From positions 7,262 through 71,261 of the forward strand of contig JAQBQZ010000007.1 in assembly GCA_028286725.1 (NCBI GenBank): a stretch of DNA of 64,000 nucleotides, in the 5' to 3' direction. Of the stretch, positions 37,910 to 48,413 are shown piece by piece. This stretch comes from Candidatus Tayloriibacteriota bacterium (GTDB lineage Bacteria; Patescibacteriota; Minisyncoccia; Phycocordibacterales; CAIRYW01). The notes beneath the pieces were generated by a model. It was not told where the DNA came from. It was given only the letters and a program-made list of their open reading frames with translations, and did not search any database. Positions within the stretch are counted from its first letter, which is position 1. Each line of letters starts with the position of its first letter. The position numbers and the translations under genes are program-made.

Positions 37910-39048
37910 TGAAAAAATCTCTATATCTTATATTTCATGGTAGATTTCCAAGCGAAAAAGCGGCATCGCTTTTTGCTGCTAAAAGCGCTGAGGCATTTGC
38001 TGCAATTGATCTAGATACAACGCTTTTGGTACCGCGCCGCCTGGGAAGATCTTCGGAAACTGCAGCAAAGTATTACCAGATAAAAAACAATTTTAAGACT
38101 GCGTACATACCGGTTCTCGATCTTATGGCATTTCCATTGTTTAAAAAGCTTACTTTTTTTATAAGTTTTTTCTCGTTTGCTCTTTGTAGTGCTATGTATC
38201 TTTTGTTTCGAGCATCCAAAGAGGCAATTATTTTCTCAAATGAATCACTTCCTTTGTACACAGCAAGTCTTTTCTTTAAGAACACTTTTTTTGAAATGCA
38301 TGATTTTCCAGAGAGCAAATATTCTTTTTTCAAAAACTTTTTCAGACGTATTCGATGGATACTTTCTCATAACAAATGGAAAAAAGAAAAGTTGCTGAAA
38401 ACGTTTGATATACCAGAATCTAAAGTAATCCTCTTACCAAACACGGTAGAGGTCAAAGATTTTGATATTGATATAAGTAAAAAAGATGCTCGAGAGAAAC
38501 TCTCGCTTCCTCTTGATCAATCTATTGCAGTATATACAGGGCATCTGTATGGATGGAAAGGGGTAGATACACTCGCAGAAGCTGCGCTCTTATTACCTCA
38601 GGTGCTTGTGGTATTTGTAGGCGGTACACCAGTTGATGTTCTAAATTTTAGAAAAAAATATAAGGATATTAGAAATGTAAAGATTGTAGGACATAGACCT
38701 CATACTGAGATTCCGTTATGGCAGAAAGCTAGTGATGTGCTTGTATTACCTAATACTGCAAAAGAGGACATTTCAAAATACTACACTTCACCGATGAAGC
38801 TCTTTGAATATATGGCAAGCAAAAGACCTATTGTTGCTTCGCGGATTCCTTCGGTTGCTGAAATTGTTGATGATAGAACAGCAATGCTTGTCACTCCTGA
38901 TAATACGGAAGAGCTTGCTTACGGAATAAATGCGATCCTTAAGGATGCTGTTATTTCTTCAAAACTAGTTGATGCAGCATTTGCAAGGGTTAAAGATAAC
39001 ACTTGGGATAATCGAGCGCGAAAGATTGTGGAGTTTTTGGAAAAATAG
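37909..39048 (+). CDS. GT4 glycosyltransferase
   Basis: YTGHL..WKG, SPMKLFEYMAS. Confidence 0.85.
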   Translation: MKKSLYLIFHGRFPSEKAASLFAAKSAEAFAAIDLDTTLLVPRRLGRSSETAAKYYQIKNNFKTAYIPVLDLMAFPLFKKLTFFISFFSFALCSAMYLLFRASKEAIIFSNESLPLYTASLFFKNTFFEMHDFPESKYSFFKNFFRRIRWILSHNKWKKEKLLKTFDIPESKVILLPNTVEVKDFDIDISKKDAREKLSLPLDQSIAVYTGHLYGWKGVDTLAEAALLLPQVLVVFVGGTPVDVLNFRKKYKDIRNVKIVGHRPHTEIPLWQKASDVLVLPNTAKEDISKYYTSPMKLFEYMASKRPIVASRIPSVAEIVDDRTAMLVTPDNTEELAYGINAILKDAVISSKLVDAAFARVKDNTWDNRARKIVEFLEK

Positions 39049-39058
39049 AAAAGTGATA

Positions 39059-39982
39059 TTAATAGTGTACCCAAGTGCAATATTTGTTTTCAAAAAAACC
39101 AACTTTACTTTTATAGTATTCCCAGTCCATTCCATCTTTTTTGGCGATGACGTGAGGGATATTGCCTAGATATGCTGCGAAATCGCCGAATGTGCTATCT
39201 GAACCTATTACGACATCGCACTTCGATAATACAAATAGATCCTCCACCATGTTCATGTGAGTAAGTGCTGTCGACAATCCTTCAAAGAGAGATTCATCTA
39301 CTTTGCCGTCTGATGCGATAACGAGACAGACTTCATCTTTGTTTATATTATATGTTTCGAGATATTCTTGGATAGTACCACTCATTTCTTTAGGTGATAT
39401 GTAATAGGCGCCCCCTTTCCAAGTTTTGTAATCGCCTTGTCTGATATGCACGCCGATCATTATTTTATGTTTTGCGCGTAGGGTATTGCAAAAACTATCT
39501 ACTTTTTCTTTTATGTGGGCTTGTGGAGCAAAATAATCACTGATGTATTTATGATGTTTTGCAATTCCTAGGCTATTTCGAAATATCCACCCATCAAGAT
39601 AGAGAGTTTCTTTTCCTTGTAATTCTCTTAAGTGTTCGTCTGATGTTGGAGGAAGATAAAATGTCCTTTCGTTATCCATAACGCGTACGAGCGACTTCTT
39701 CTTGAGATTCATTACTGACCGCGAGAAAATATCATAAATTTTTCGCCACATTCTTTTTTTGAATGCATTCTTGCGCGTAATGTCGTTTTTGAAACGATTG
39801 AAGAACATATGTTCGATCAACCAAGAGTGTTTTGGCAGATTAAAATATGTCGCGTATTCAAAGAACGCCCAGTTTTCAAGCGGTATGTTTTTTTCCTTTG
39901 TATATGCCAGGATACTCGCATAATTCCAAAGCTGATTTGCGAGTTCGCCGCCACTTGATTTGATGATGACTATTTTTTTCAT
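39059..39982 (-). CDS. GT11-like (alpha-1,2-fucosyltransferase-type) glycosyltransferase
   Basis: GELANQL, GVHIRQGDY, STF..FAAYLG. Confidence 0.75.
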   Translation of the reverse strand: MKKIVIIKSSGGELANQLWNYASILAYTKEKNIPLENWAFFEYATYFNLPKHSWLIEHMFFNRFKNDITRKNAFKKRMWRKIYDIFSRSVMNLKKKSLVRVMDNERTFYLPPTSDEHLRELQGKETLYLDGWIFRNSLGIAKHHKYISDYFAPQAHIKEKVDSFCNTLRAKHKIMIGVHIRQGDYKTWKGGAYYISPKEMSGTIQEYLETYNINKDEVCLVIASDGKVDESLFEGLSTALTHMNMVEDLFVLSKCDVVIGSDSTFGDFAAYLGNIPHVIAKKDGMDWEYYKSKVGFFENKYCTWVHY

Positions 39983-40762
39983 TTAATCTTTTTTTGATGC
40001 GAGATAATTTACAGCAAAAGGGAATTCTTCTGTTTGAGACGGTTTTTTGATCTCCTCCAAACCATCCTGAAGAATGCGATATATCTTATAGTATGGATTC
40101 AGTAAATCAAATACATCAGCAAATCGATAGCCAGCTTTGAATGATGCTCCTGAATGTTCAAATTGAATAAAATTAATATTGCCTTTTGATATATAGTTTA
40201 TCGCGCCTTTCAAGATATCCATTTCCGATCCTTCAACATCTAATTTGAGGAGATCGATAACACCTATCTTTTCAGTTATGCAAAAATCATCAAGCGTATA
40301 TACTTGGATGTCTGCAGATTTTGCAAATGTATTACGGTCATTGTTGGAGAGTTCATATAAACTATCTACGCCAGATACTCCTTCTGATGAATAAAGAGGT
40401 GACATGCCTGTTTTTACACCAAGTGCGGCGGGGATTATCTTTACGTTTTTATTTTCTTGAAATTGCTTTACGAGCTCCTTTTTTGCTTTATCCGCAGGTT
40501 CAAAAGCATATATTTTTGCATCCGGATTTGCTTCTAAAACCGTCTCAGAATATTCACCGCCTTGTGCTCCCACATCAAAGACTACGGAATCTTTTTTTGA
40601 TTTTGAGAGTACGTATTTAATTGCCCACATTTCTCCTGATGTTCTTATCGATCTTCCTCCTCCAACAAGATTCAAGCCTGCCAGCGAAATTCCAAGCAGT
40701 CTATGAAAAAACCTTTGGTAGCGCTTTTTTCCGTATAAATTTTGAAATATTGCCTTTACCAT
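39983..40762 (-). CDS. FkbM family methyltransferase
   Basis: FDVGA..G, AFEP, LKLDVEGSE, IQFE. Confidence 0.9.
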   Translation of the reverse strand: MVKAIFQNLYGKKRYQRFFHRLLGISLAGLNLVGGGRSIRTSGEMWAIKYVLSKSKKDSVVFDVGAQGGEYSETVLEANPDAKIYAFEPADKAKKELVKQFQENKNVKIIPAALGVKTGMSPLYSSEGVSGVDSLYELSNNDRNTFAKSADIQVYTLDDFCITEKIGVIDLLKLDVEGSEMDILKGAINYISKGNINFIQFEHSGASFKAGYRFADVFDLLNPYYKIYRILQDGLEEIKKPSQTEEFPFAVNYLASKKD

Positions 40763-41550
40763 AAGTGATTTAGTTTATTTTTTATCCAATAAAACAATTT
40801 GACCGAGAATTCCAGGAGCGATCCTTTTGGCGGCATGATTTTTGCCTGTTCTGCTCGATATTTTTTTCCTCCACCTTCATTGCTTAAACTGTTTTCTAAT
40901 CGGCGAAAACGAGCTACTGGAATATTGATCGAATAAAGCTTTGTATACTTGGCAAACTCTATCCAAAGCCAATAATCACCGGCGAGCCGAAGAGAGGAAT
41001 TTATTGGTCCTACTTTCTCCCACAAGCTTCGTCTCCAGAAGACGGTTTCCTGTTCGATAACTGGTGCATAGCGGCCATATACACCTCGTTTGATCAAGCT
41101 CTGATAGTATTTAAAAGATCGGCCTCTTTTTTTGATCTCGCCATTTTCATCAGTAACAATATTCATTCCTTTGATCCACAACACTTCGGGGGATTTCGAA
41201 AGGTAATTTTCTATTACTTTTAAAGCACCAGGAAGGTATGTGTCGTCAGAATTAAGCCAAGCGAATATTTCTCCTGTTGCTTTCTCGAATCCTTTATTGA
41301 TCGCATCGTACATTCCATTATCTCGCTCAGAAAATAACCTCATATCAAAGGAATTGCATTTGAATATTTTTTGACCTGATTTTAATTTTGAAATGTATTC
41401 ATTTGCGATGTGTACGGTATTGTCTGTCGATCCGCCGTCCTGAACGATGAGTTCAATATCAAATTCACCCTCCTGGATTAAAAGACTCTCTATAGTTTCT
41501 TTGATATATTTTTCACCGTTATAAACAGGGGTGATAATGCTAAATTTCAT
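40756..41550 (-). CDS. GT2 glycosyltransferase (WcaE-like)
   Basis: FSIITPVYN, DGGSTD, GMYDAINKG, WLNSDD; start at MKFSI. Confidence 0.88.
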   Translation of the reverse strand: MKFSIITPVYNGEKYIKETIESLLIQEGEFDIELIVQDGGSTDNTVHIANEYISKLKSGQKIFKCNSFDMRLFSERDNGMYDAINKGFEKATGEIFAWLNSDDTYLPGALKVIENYLSKSPEVLWIKGMNIVTDENGEIKKRGRSFKYYQSLIKRGVYGRYAPVIEQETVFWRRSLWEKVGPINSSLRLAGDYWLWIEFAKYTKLYSINIPVARFRRLENSLSNEGGGKKYRAEQAKIMPPKGSLLEFSVKLFYWIKNKLNHLW

Positions 41551-42415
41551 TTGATTGCTTAATGAATTTTGAAATATCTTTTTTGTAATTATCATTTTGA
41601 ATATCCATTCGCCAGAGATAAATTGGAACAAAGATAGTGTAGCTTTGTTTAAAGGTTTCCGCAATTTCAAAGTTAAAATCCCGATCGACTCCTCGTCCTG
41701 TAAATGATGGCCACACTCGTTCTGGCAATGGTCTGAATTTGATCTTGTCGGTCAAGCTTTTTTTGAGCAAGGGGCAATTGGCGCTTCCTGGGTATGGTGA
41801 AAGATTGCCAAAGAAGAGTTTGTTTACTATTCGTGCAGTCTTAATCTCAAATGGAATATACTTCCCAAAAAATGGAAATAATTTATAAAATATCCCTTTT
41901 GCTTTACGGGCCTGCCTATAGATCTCATCTGGAGTCAGTATTTTTATATCTGTTTCTTTTACAAATCTCTCATAATCAAATTCTCTGTTCTCTAAATCTT
42001 CACTAAATTGCTGCCAATCAACACAAATATGATCCGCTTTGTAAAGATTTAATAGCTTGAACTCTATTTCAATTCTATTTTTAAATGACACATCATCCCC
42101 ATCTTGAAATGTGATGAGTTCGCCTTTAGCTTTCAAAAGTCCGTGATTTCGAGCGAGATACCCTGCATTTATATTCCTTCCTTTTTTGTTGATTCGAGGA
42201 AACGGATCACTCATGTCGAGAAGGGTGTATATAATTCGGCTGTCTTTGAGAACCAAACCTTCGGCTATTTGTTTTGTATTATCTGTACTTCCATCATCAA
42301 CGACGATGATCTCAAGGTTTTTGTAGGTTTGATTGCAAATACTCTCTATTGCAGCACGAATAGTTTTTGCATTATTATGGGTCGGTATGATGACTGATAT
42401 GAGAGGATTTGTCAT
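41540..42415 (-). CDS. GT2 glycosyltransferase
   Basis: ISVIIPTHN, VDDGSTD, ARNHGL, FQDGDD. Confidence 0.88.
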   Translation of the reverse strand: MTNPLISVIIPTHNNAKTIRAAIESICNQTYKNLEIIVVDDGSTDNTKQIAEGLVLKDSRIIYTLLDMSDPFPRINKKGRNINAGYLARNHGLLKAKGELITFQDGDDVSFKNRIEIEFKLLNLYKADHICVDWQQFSEDLENREFDYERFVKETDIKILTPDEIYRQARKAKGIFYKLFPFFGKYIPFEIKTARIVNKLFFGNLSPYPGSANCPLLKKSLTDKIKFRPLPERVWPSFTGRGVDRDFNFEIAETFKQSYTIFVPIYLWRMDIQNDNYKKDISKFIKQSNEI

Positions 42416-43545
42416 TGTACAATTGCGTCAAAGTATTCTTTGAGTGCGGTAGCGAATTGTTTTTGTCCGTAGGTATCCGTTGTTTTTGTGTACACTTTTT
42501 TTGACATATCCTCTAGTGTAATAGGTGTTAGTTTCCTTGTCCATTTCAAAGCTTCTTCAATATCTTTGATAAAACTTTTTTGAAGAATGTATCCCTTGTT
42601 TCCTATTGTAACGCCAGTTTCTTTACTTATGATCGGGATAAGTCCGGTGCTCATCGCAACAAGAACAGCGCCTGATTGCCCTTCTGAGCAAGATGGATAA
42701 ATAATAAATCCGCACTTGGTATGGATCTCTTTAAACTTTTCGCTCTCGATATCAACTCGTCCATGGTAGATAATATTTGGAGTTTCAAAAAGTTCTTTAC
42801 GGTAGAAAGAAACAAAATCCTTTTCTGCTTTTACGGGTCCGCATATATGGAGCAGAAGATCTGGGTGAGAGCGAAATATTTCAAGCAAAAGATCGAGTCC
42901 TTTGTGTACAGCTCCTCCGCCAGAAAGCCATAGAAAATGATGTTGTGCCTCATTCCAGTCTCGCTTTGGTAGATAAAATATCGCAGGAAGGGATTGGGGA
43001 AGTAAGGTTATTTTGTTGCTTTCTGGAAATGTATTTACAGTGTGCTCGTTTCCAAATCCAAAAACAAAATCTGCAATCTCAAAATTTTTTGATTCTGGGA
43101 GGCCTCGCTGCGGCTTAAGATACTCGCCGTTTCTTTGTTTGAAAGCGCTTAGGCGAAGAAATTCTGCGGTGTTATTGAACTTCCAGTATGAGGTCGTAGC
43201 GTGGTGAATTGTGACCGCTTCTTTGAGGTATGGTTTGAATCTCTCTAAATTATGTCCGATATCGAGTACGTAGCTGTATTTCTTCTTTGGTATAAATGCA
43301 GAATTTCTCGCATCAATTACTTGAACGATATATCCCTTATTCAAAAAATACTCAACAATTGTTTTACATTCAAAATAATTACTATGGCGAGTTGATAGTT
43401 TTTCGTGGGGCAAAAGCAGGAAGGGTTCAAGGATGTAAGAGATCAGTACTCGACCACGAGGTTTTACTCCTTGAGGATGAAGAGTAATCGATCCGAAAAG
43501 TCTTTTTGATATTTTTCTCCAATACGCTGTAATTGTATTTTTCAT
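42412..43545 (-). CDS. GT4-like glycosyltransferase
   Basis: HKGLDLLLE, PSCSEG...AVLVAM..G. Confidence 0.8.
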   Translation of the reverse strand: MKNTITAYWRKISKRLFGSITLHPQGVKPRGRVLISYILEPFLLLPHEKLSTRHSNYFECKTIVEYFLNKGYIVQVIDARNSAFIPKKKYSYVLDIGHNLERFKPYLKEAVTIHHATTSYWKFNNTAEFLRLSAFKQRNGEYLKPQRGLPESKNFEIADFVFGFGNEHTVNTFPESNKITLLPQSLPAIFYLPKRDWNEAQHHFLWLSGGGAVHKGLDLLLEIFRSHPDLLLHICGPVKAEKDFVSFYRKELFETPNIIYHGRVDIESEKFKEIHTKCGFIIYPSCSEGQSGAVLVAMSTGLIPIISKETGVTIGNKGYILQKSFIKDIEEALKWTRKLTPITLEDMSKKVYTKTTDTYGQKQFATALKEYFDAIVQ

Positions 43546-43553
43546 TTTGTATA

Positions 43554-45326
43554 TTATTCAATATCTGCTTTATGTGTTTCAAACCAGATCGCAAGGCACA
43601 GAATAAGCCACACCCTGTAAGCAAGCTTTTCTTCTCCATTATAATAGCAATGAGTAAGATGTTGAGTTTCTTTTTGGCTTATATATGAAAATATTTGATG
43701 CTCTTTGTTTTTAGAGAGCGCCACAAGAAAAGTTTTTATTTCACTTAAATGAAGCCATGTTTTTACAGGTGCTCCAAAGCCTTGTTTGCGACGGTAGACG
43801 AAGTCCGGATCCATCTCTTCGGTGAGAATATCTTTTAGTATTATTTTGCCATTATTGTTCTTACCATCTAATTTGTAGGAAGCTGGGAGAGAATAGACAT
43901 ATTCTGCAAGCTTTGTATCAAGAAATGGGGATCTCACTTCAAGCGAATTTGCCATGCTTGTACGATCTATTTTGGTCAAAAGCTGTCCTGGAAGATAAAC
44001 GAGAATATCCCAAAGATTCATTTTGTCTTCTGAGTTAAGTCCTGAATCTCTTACTTCTTCTGGTACGAATATTGGTTTTGCATTATAGGCGAGCAGCTCA
44101 CTTCTTTCTTTCTGGCTAAATATTTCTATGAGCTTTAAGTGGTCTTTAAATGGATCTGAAAACAAACGAGCGGTGATCCGTTTAAAAAAGGGGAGCTGCA
44201 AGTGCTTCCAGTACCATCCATATCCCAAAAAGAATTCATCGGCTCCATCACCCGTGAGTGCAACTTTGACCGACTTGTGCGCGAGATTCGATATGAGGTA
44301 TTGAGATACATCAGAAGAATCTCCATGAGGTTCGTCTAAGTATTCAAAAGTTTTACGAAGTTCAGAAAGGAGTGAATCATTAACAGAAAGCGTGTGATGG
44401 TCTGATCTTATTTTTTCTGAAACTTTGAGGGCATAGGGTAATTCATTGATTGTATCTCCATAAGAAAGGGAAAAGGTTTTGAGTGGTTTTGAAAGTATAC
44501 GCGATGCATAGATGCTAACAAGGGATGAATCGACGCCTCCCGAAAGAAGCGAGCCAACCTCAACATCCGATGAAAGCATTCGTGTGGTCACCGCATCTTT
44601 GAAAAGCGTTTTGATTTTTTGTTTTGCTTCGTCATATGTGTCGGTATTTTGGGCTTTGATGAGATGCCAGTACTTTTCTCTCCGAATTCCATTTTCATCT
44701 ACAATTGCAAAATGGGCGGGTGGAATAGTCTTAATGTTTGAATATATAGTCATGTGCGGCGGTACGTACATAAGCGACAGATATGCATCAAGGGCCTCTT
44801 TGTTTATGACACCTTTGAATCCAAGCGCATGGAGCGCCTTGATCTCTGATGCAAAATAAAAATTATCGTCTTTGTCTTTCGTGTAGTAGAGAGGTTTTTT
44901 GCCGAACCTGTCACGAGCGACAAATAATCTATTTTTAGTTTTATCATAGATTACAAATGCAAACATTCCATCGAGTTCTTTTACACAGTCTTTGTCATAT
45001 GCAATATAGGCTTGAAGTATTACTTCAGTATCAGAGTGTGTTTTGAAGATTGCGCCAGATTTCTGCAGTTTTTCTCGGAGGATTTTGTAGTTGTAAATCT
45101 CACCATTAAAGACAATCGTGTATGCTCCATCACTAGTTGTCATAGGCTGTCCACCGGAAGAGAGATCGATGATAGAAAGGCGAGTGTGCCCCAAAAGAAC
45201 ATTATCGATTTGCATATGTTTGGATGCATCAGGGCCTCGAAGCGCGAGCGCTTCGAGGCCTGCTTTTATATCGATCGAATTCAATGCTTCTTTGTTTGTT
45301 GTCTTAATAGCAATTATTCCACACAT
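43554..45326 (-). CDS. asnB: Asparagine synthase (glutamine-hydrolysing)-like amidotransferase
   Basis: MCGI Ntn start, RGPD, NGEIYN, LSGGVDSS, GDGADE, RSPFLD. Confidence 0.9.
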   Translation of the reverse strand: MCGIIAIKTTNKEALNSIDIKAGLEALALRGPDASKHMQIDNVLLGHTRLSIIDLSSGGQPMTTSDGAYTIVFNGEIYNYKILREKLQKSGAIFKTHSDTEVILQAYIAYDKDCVKELDGMFAFVIYDKTKNRLFVARDRFGKKPLYYTKDKDDNFYFASEIKALHALGFKGVINKEALDAYLSLMYVPPHMTIYSNIKTIPPAHFAIVDENGIRREKYWHLIKAQNTDTYDEAKQKIKTLFKDAVTTRMLSSDVEVGSLLSGGVDSSLVSIYASRILSKPLKTFSLSYGDTINELPYALKVSEKIRSDHHTLSVNDSLLSELRKTFEYLDEPHGDSSDVSQYLISNLAHKSVKVALTGDGADEFFLGYGWYWKHLQLPFFKRITARLFSDPFKDHLKLIEIFSQKERSELLAYNAKPIFVPEEVRDSGLNSEDKMNLWDILVYLPGQLLTKIDRTSMANSLEVRSPFLDTKLAEYVYSLPASYKLDGKNNNGKIILKDILTEEMDPDFVYRRKQGFGAPVKTWLHLSEIKTFLVALSKNKEHQIFSYISQKETQHLTHCYYNGEEKLAYRVWLILCLAIWFETHKADIE

Positions 45327-45362
45327 AAAAGAAATTATAACGTTAAAATGCGTTTGCTCCAA

Positions 45363-46226
45363 CTATACTCGCTTCCATTCTGGAGGAGTCAGATCGTCAG
45401 TATTCCAGCCTTTGTTGAACCATTTTTTGGGTGCGTAGACGAGTTTGTTTTTGTTGTTTGATAGCCAGGCTGCCCACCAGCTAAAGGTGCTGTTTGCGAT
45501 GATGAAATGTTTGGCATGGCTCATTGCGACAAGCTCTTCGTGAGGAGTGGCTGTTGGAACATCAACATATTCACATGGAAAAGGAATTTTGAAATGTTCT
45601 TTTGCCCAAGCTATCTCATCTGAAAAAATAAAAAAATATGCATGAGGAATTTTTTTTGAAATTTCGTTTATAGAGTATTCATAATATTCGCGCGATGTCA
45701 GCCCGTGATGCTTTGTGGTACCTGGATTATTTGCATAATCACCCCGGCGAATATGGATTACGACAGATTCTGTAGCATTCATTTTTGAGATGTAGGGCGT
45801 GTATGGCTTTTGGATTTCGTCTTTAAGAATGAGTTCTTTTCGGAGTATGTCGTGGATATCTTCAAAATATTTGTATGATTGCCACCAGCCATCAAAATAT
45901 GAGTCTTTGCGATTCTTCATATACTCATCCAAAAAATGAAAAGTATATTCTTCGATGTATTTTTGAGAATTTGCAAAAAGAGGATTATAGATTCTGCCTA
46001 TTATACCTTTTTGTTTTTTGAAAATTTTAAAGCGGGCACATTCTTCTTTGGATGCTTTAGGTAGAATTGTATTGAAATATCCGAGGCCATATGTGAGATA
46101 TGTATGCGTCTTAAAAAAATCAAAATCATATTTAACTTCGGTGTCGTTTCGTATGCCATAGGCACGCGCAAATGCGTATTCGAAGAGCTGATTTCCGAGT
46201 CCACCCTGAAGCTTTAATATATGCAT
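45363..46226 (-). CDS. GT11 alpha-1,2-fucosyltransferase
   Basis: GGLGNQLF, HIRRGDY, FSD, IIANSTFSWWAAWL. Confidence 0.9.
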   Translation of the reverse strand: MHILKLQGGLGNQLFEYAFARAYGIRNDTEVKYDFDFFKTHTYLTYGLGYFNTILPKASKEECARFKIFKKQKGIIGRIYNPLFANSQKYIEEYTFHFLDEYMKNRKDSYFDGWWQSYKYFEDIHDILRKELILKDEIQKPYTPYISKMNATESVVIHIRRGDYANNPGTTKHHGLTSREYYEYSINEISKKIPHAYFFIFSDEIAWAKEHFKIPFPCEYVDVPTATPHEELVAMSHAKHFIIANSTFSWWAAWLSNNKNKLVYAPKKWFNKGWNTDDLTPPEWKRV

Positions 46227-46228
46227 CT

Positions 46229-47476
46229 TTATTTTGAATTTCTAATAAGAATTCCAAGGGTAATGAAATCAATACATTCAGAGGCAAGAAGGGCAATCAC
46301 GGCTCCTTCGATTCCGTACATTGGTACCAAGGCTATTGCAAGAATTATTCGAGTCATAGTAGGGAATACCGTAACAATATAAGTTTCTTTTATTTTTTGA
46401 TGGGCGGTGATCGCGGCGGTCAAAAGTTTTCGAGGCGAAGACAGGAGGGTCAGCGATGCGATCTGTGAAAGACCGACTGCATCTGTGTAAAGTGGAAATA
46501 AGTATTTAAATATTAAAGGAGCGCTCAAAATATAGAGAATAATAATAGGCACTGCAACAAAATACATTTGTCGGACACGAAAGAAAACATGGCTCTTCAC
46601 CTCGCTAAAATCTTTTTGTGCAAATTTTGGAATGGCAATTGTACTCTGGTTTTCAATCAAATTTTTGAGTTCTCGGACAGGCGCTATTGCATAAGTATAT
46701 ATCGCTACTGGCGCTGCGCCGACAAATTTCCACAAGAGCAAATCATCAATCTGTTCTGATAGATATCCGAACATGCTTAATATTCCGCTGTGAAATGCAT
46801 ATTTTTTTGCAAACGGCTCTTTTTCATTTGCTCCAATTTGAGCAATATTTTTCTTCATTTTGTGGTAAAGGAAGCTGCCCAAAATGAGATTCGTTATAAT
46901 GCTTGTGATAACTACGATGATCGCTGATCTGGAGGTGATCGCTGTAATAATAAGTGCGATCGTAATAAATGGCGTTCGCATAAGATTGAATCGAGACATA
47001 AATGCAAAGTCTCCCTTTGCATTAAAGTATGATTTTGCCACACTGTTTCTTATAGAAATAGGGAGAGTGATTGCTGCCACTAAAAAACAGATGCCGAGGT
47101 CTATATTGTTATGGAGGATATAATAGATAGATACAATTCCAAGTGAAAGTCCGCCAAGCAAGGACCATGGATAAATAGTTTTGAGTCCTTCATAAATAAC
47201 CCCGTCGTTGCCTCTTGAGATGCTTTTGCTTATGCCTGAGCCAAGCGCTGTGGTCTGCGCCATACTGAAGAATCCGATGAAGGCAAGCGCGAAAGTATAA
47301 AGTCCATAATCTTCTTTAGTCAGAATGTTTGCATAGACGATTGAGAGGATGAGTCCGTTTAGGACACTTGATGCTCGGCCAATATTAATCCAAAGATTGC
47401 TCCGCACAAAATACACCATGTCCGTTTTAGTGTACTTTTCCGTCCATTTTAAAAATCCAATAATTTTATCTTTCAT
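46229..47476 (-). CDS. Wzx-type oligosaccharide flippase
   Basis: About 12 TM, L..EDYG.Y motif, lies in the glycan cluster; start at MKDKI. Confidence 0.8.
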   Translation of the reverse strand: MKDKIIGFLKWTEKYTKTDMVYFVRSNLWINIGRASSVLNGLILSIVYANILTKEDYGLYTFALAFIGFFSMAQTTALGSGISKSISRGNDGVIYEGLKTIYPWSLLGGLSLGIVSIYYILHNNIDLGICFLVAAITLPISIRNSVAKSYFNAKGDFAFMSRFNLMRTPFITIALIITAITSRSAIIVVITSIITNLILGSFLYHKMKKNIAQIGANEKEPFAKKYAFHSGILSMFGYLSEQIDDLLLWKFVGAAPVAIYTYAIAPVRELKNLIENQSTIAIPKFAQKDFSEVKSHVFFRVRQMYFVAVPIIILYILSAPLIFKYLFPLYTDAVGLSQIASLTLLSSPRKLLTAAITAHQKIKETYIVTVFPTMTRIILAIALVPMYGIEGAVIALLASECIDFITLGILIRNSK

Positions 47477-48410
47477 TAAGTTCTTTGTAATGTGTTTTGT
47501 AGAACTCGTAAGCATTTTTGAGTCCTTTTTCAAATGATGTTTTTGGCTTCCATCCAAGTGCTTTGATCTTTTGCACATCCAAAAGCTTTCGCGGAGTGCC
47601 GTTTGGTTTTGTAGTATCCCATAGAATCTTCCCTTTAAATCCTGTCATTTCTTTCATCTTTTGTGCGAGAGATTTAATTGACATATCAACACCTGATCCA
47701 AGGTTTATGATCCCTGGGCCATTGAATTTGTTCATGAGAAATACGAATCCTTCCGCAGCATCATCAATATAGAGAAATTCTCGCTTTGGCGTACCATCCC
47801 CAAATAGAGTGATCTCTTTTTTATTATTTAAAATTGCATCATGGAATTTGCGGATAAGCGAAGGAATAACATGGCTTGTGACAGGATCAAAGTTATCAAA
47901 TGGTCCATAAAGATTGGTAGGCATTACTGCTATAAAATTCGTTCCATATTGCTTGTTGTATGCATCGCACATCTTGATACCTGCGATCTTTGCTATTGCA
48001 TATGCGTCATTTGTTTCTTCTAAGGCGCTCGTCATGAGATATTCTTCTTTGATCGGCTGCTTTGCAAATTTTGGATAGATGCATGAACTGCCGAGAAAAA
48101 GAAGTTTCTTGACTTCTGCTTTGTACGCGCTATGTATGACTACGTTTTGGATCTTCAGGTTATCAAAAATAAAATCTGCAGGATTATTTTTGTTTGCTAT
48201 TATTCCACCGACTTTTGCTGCAGCAAGAAATACATACTCGGGCTTTTCTTTGTTAAAATAGGCGAGAGTCGCTTTTTCATCCATAAGATCAACTTCTTTA
48301 TGAGTAGGGGCGAGGACATTGGTATAGCCTTTTCTTTTGAGTTCACGGATAATAGCGCTTCCAACAAGTCCGCTTCCTCCAGCGACAAATATTTTTGAAT
48401 CTTTTTTCAT
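47466..48410 (-). CDS. fcl: GDP-L-fucose synthase
   Basis: GGSGLVGSA, AAKVGGI, GSSCIYP, YAIAK, PTNLYGP. Confidence 0.95.
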   Translation of the reverse strand: MKKDSKIFVAGGSGLVGSAIIRELKRKGYTNVLAPTHKEVDLMDEKATLAYFNKEKPEYVFLAAAKVGGIIANKNNPADFIFDNLKIQNVVIHSAYKAEVKKLLFLGSSCIYPKFAKQPIKEEYLMTSALEETNDAYAIAKIAGIKMCDAYNKQYGTNFIAVMPTNLYGPFDNFDPVTSHVIPSLIRKFHDAILNNKKEITLFGDGTPKREFLYIDDAAEGFVFLMNKFNGPGIINLGSGVDMSIKSLAQKMKEMTGFKGKILWDTTKPNGTPRKLLDVQKIKALGWKPKTSFEKGLKNAYEFYKTHYKELNER

Positions 48411-48413
48411 TGG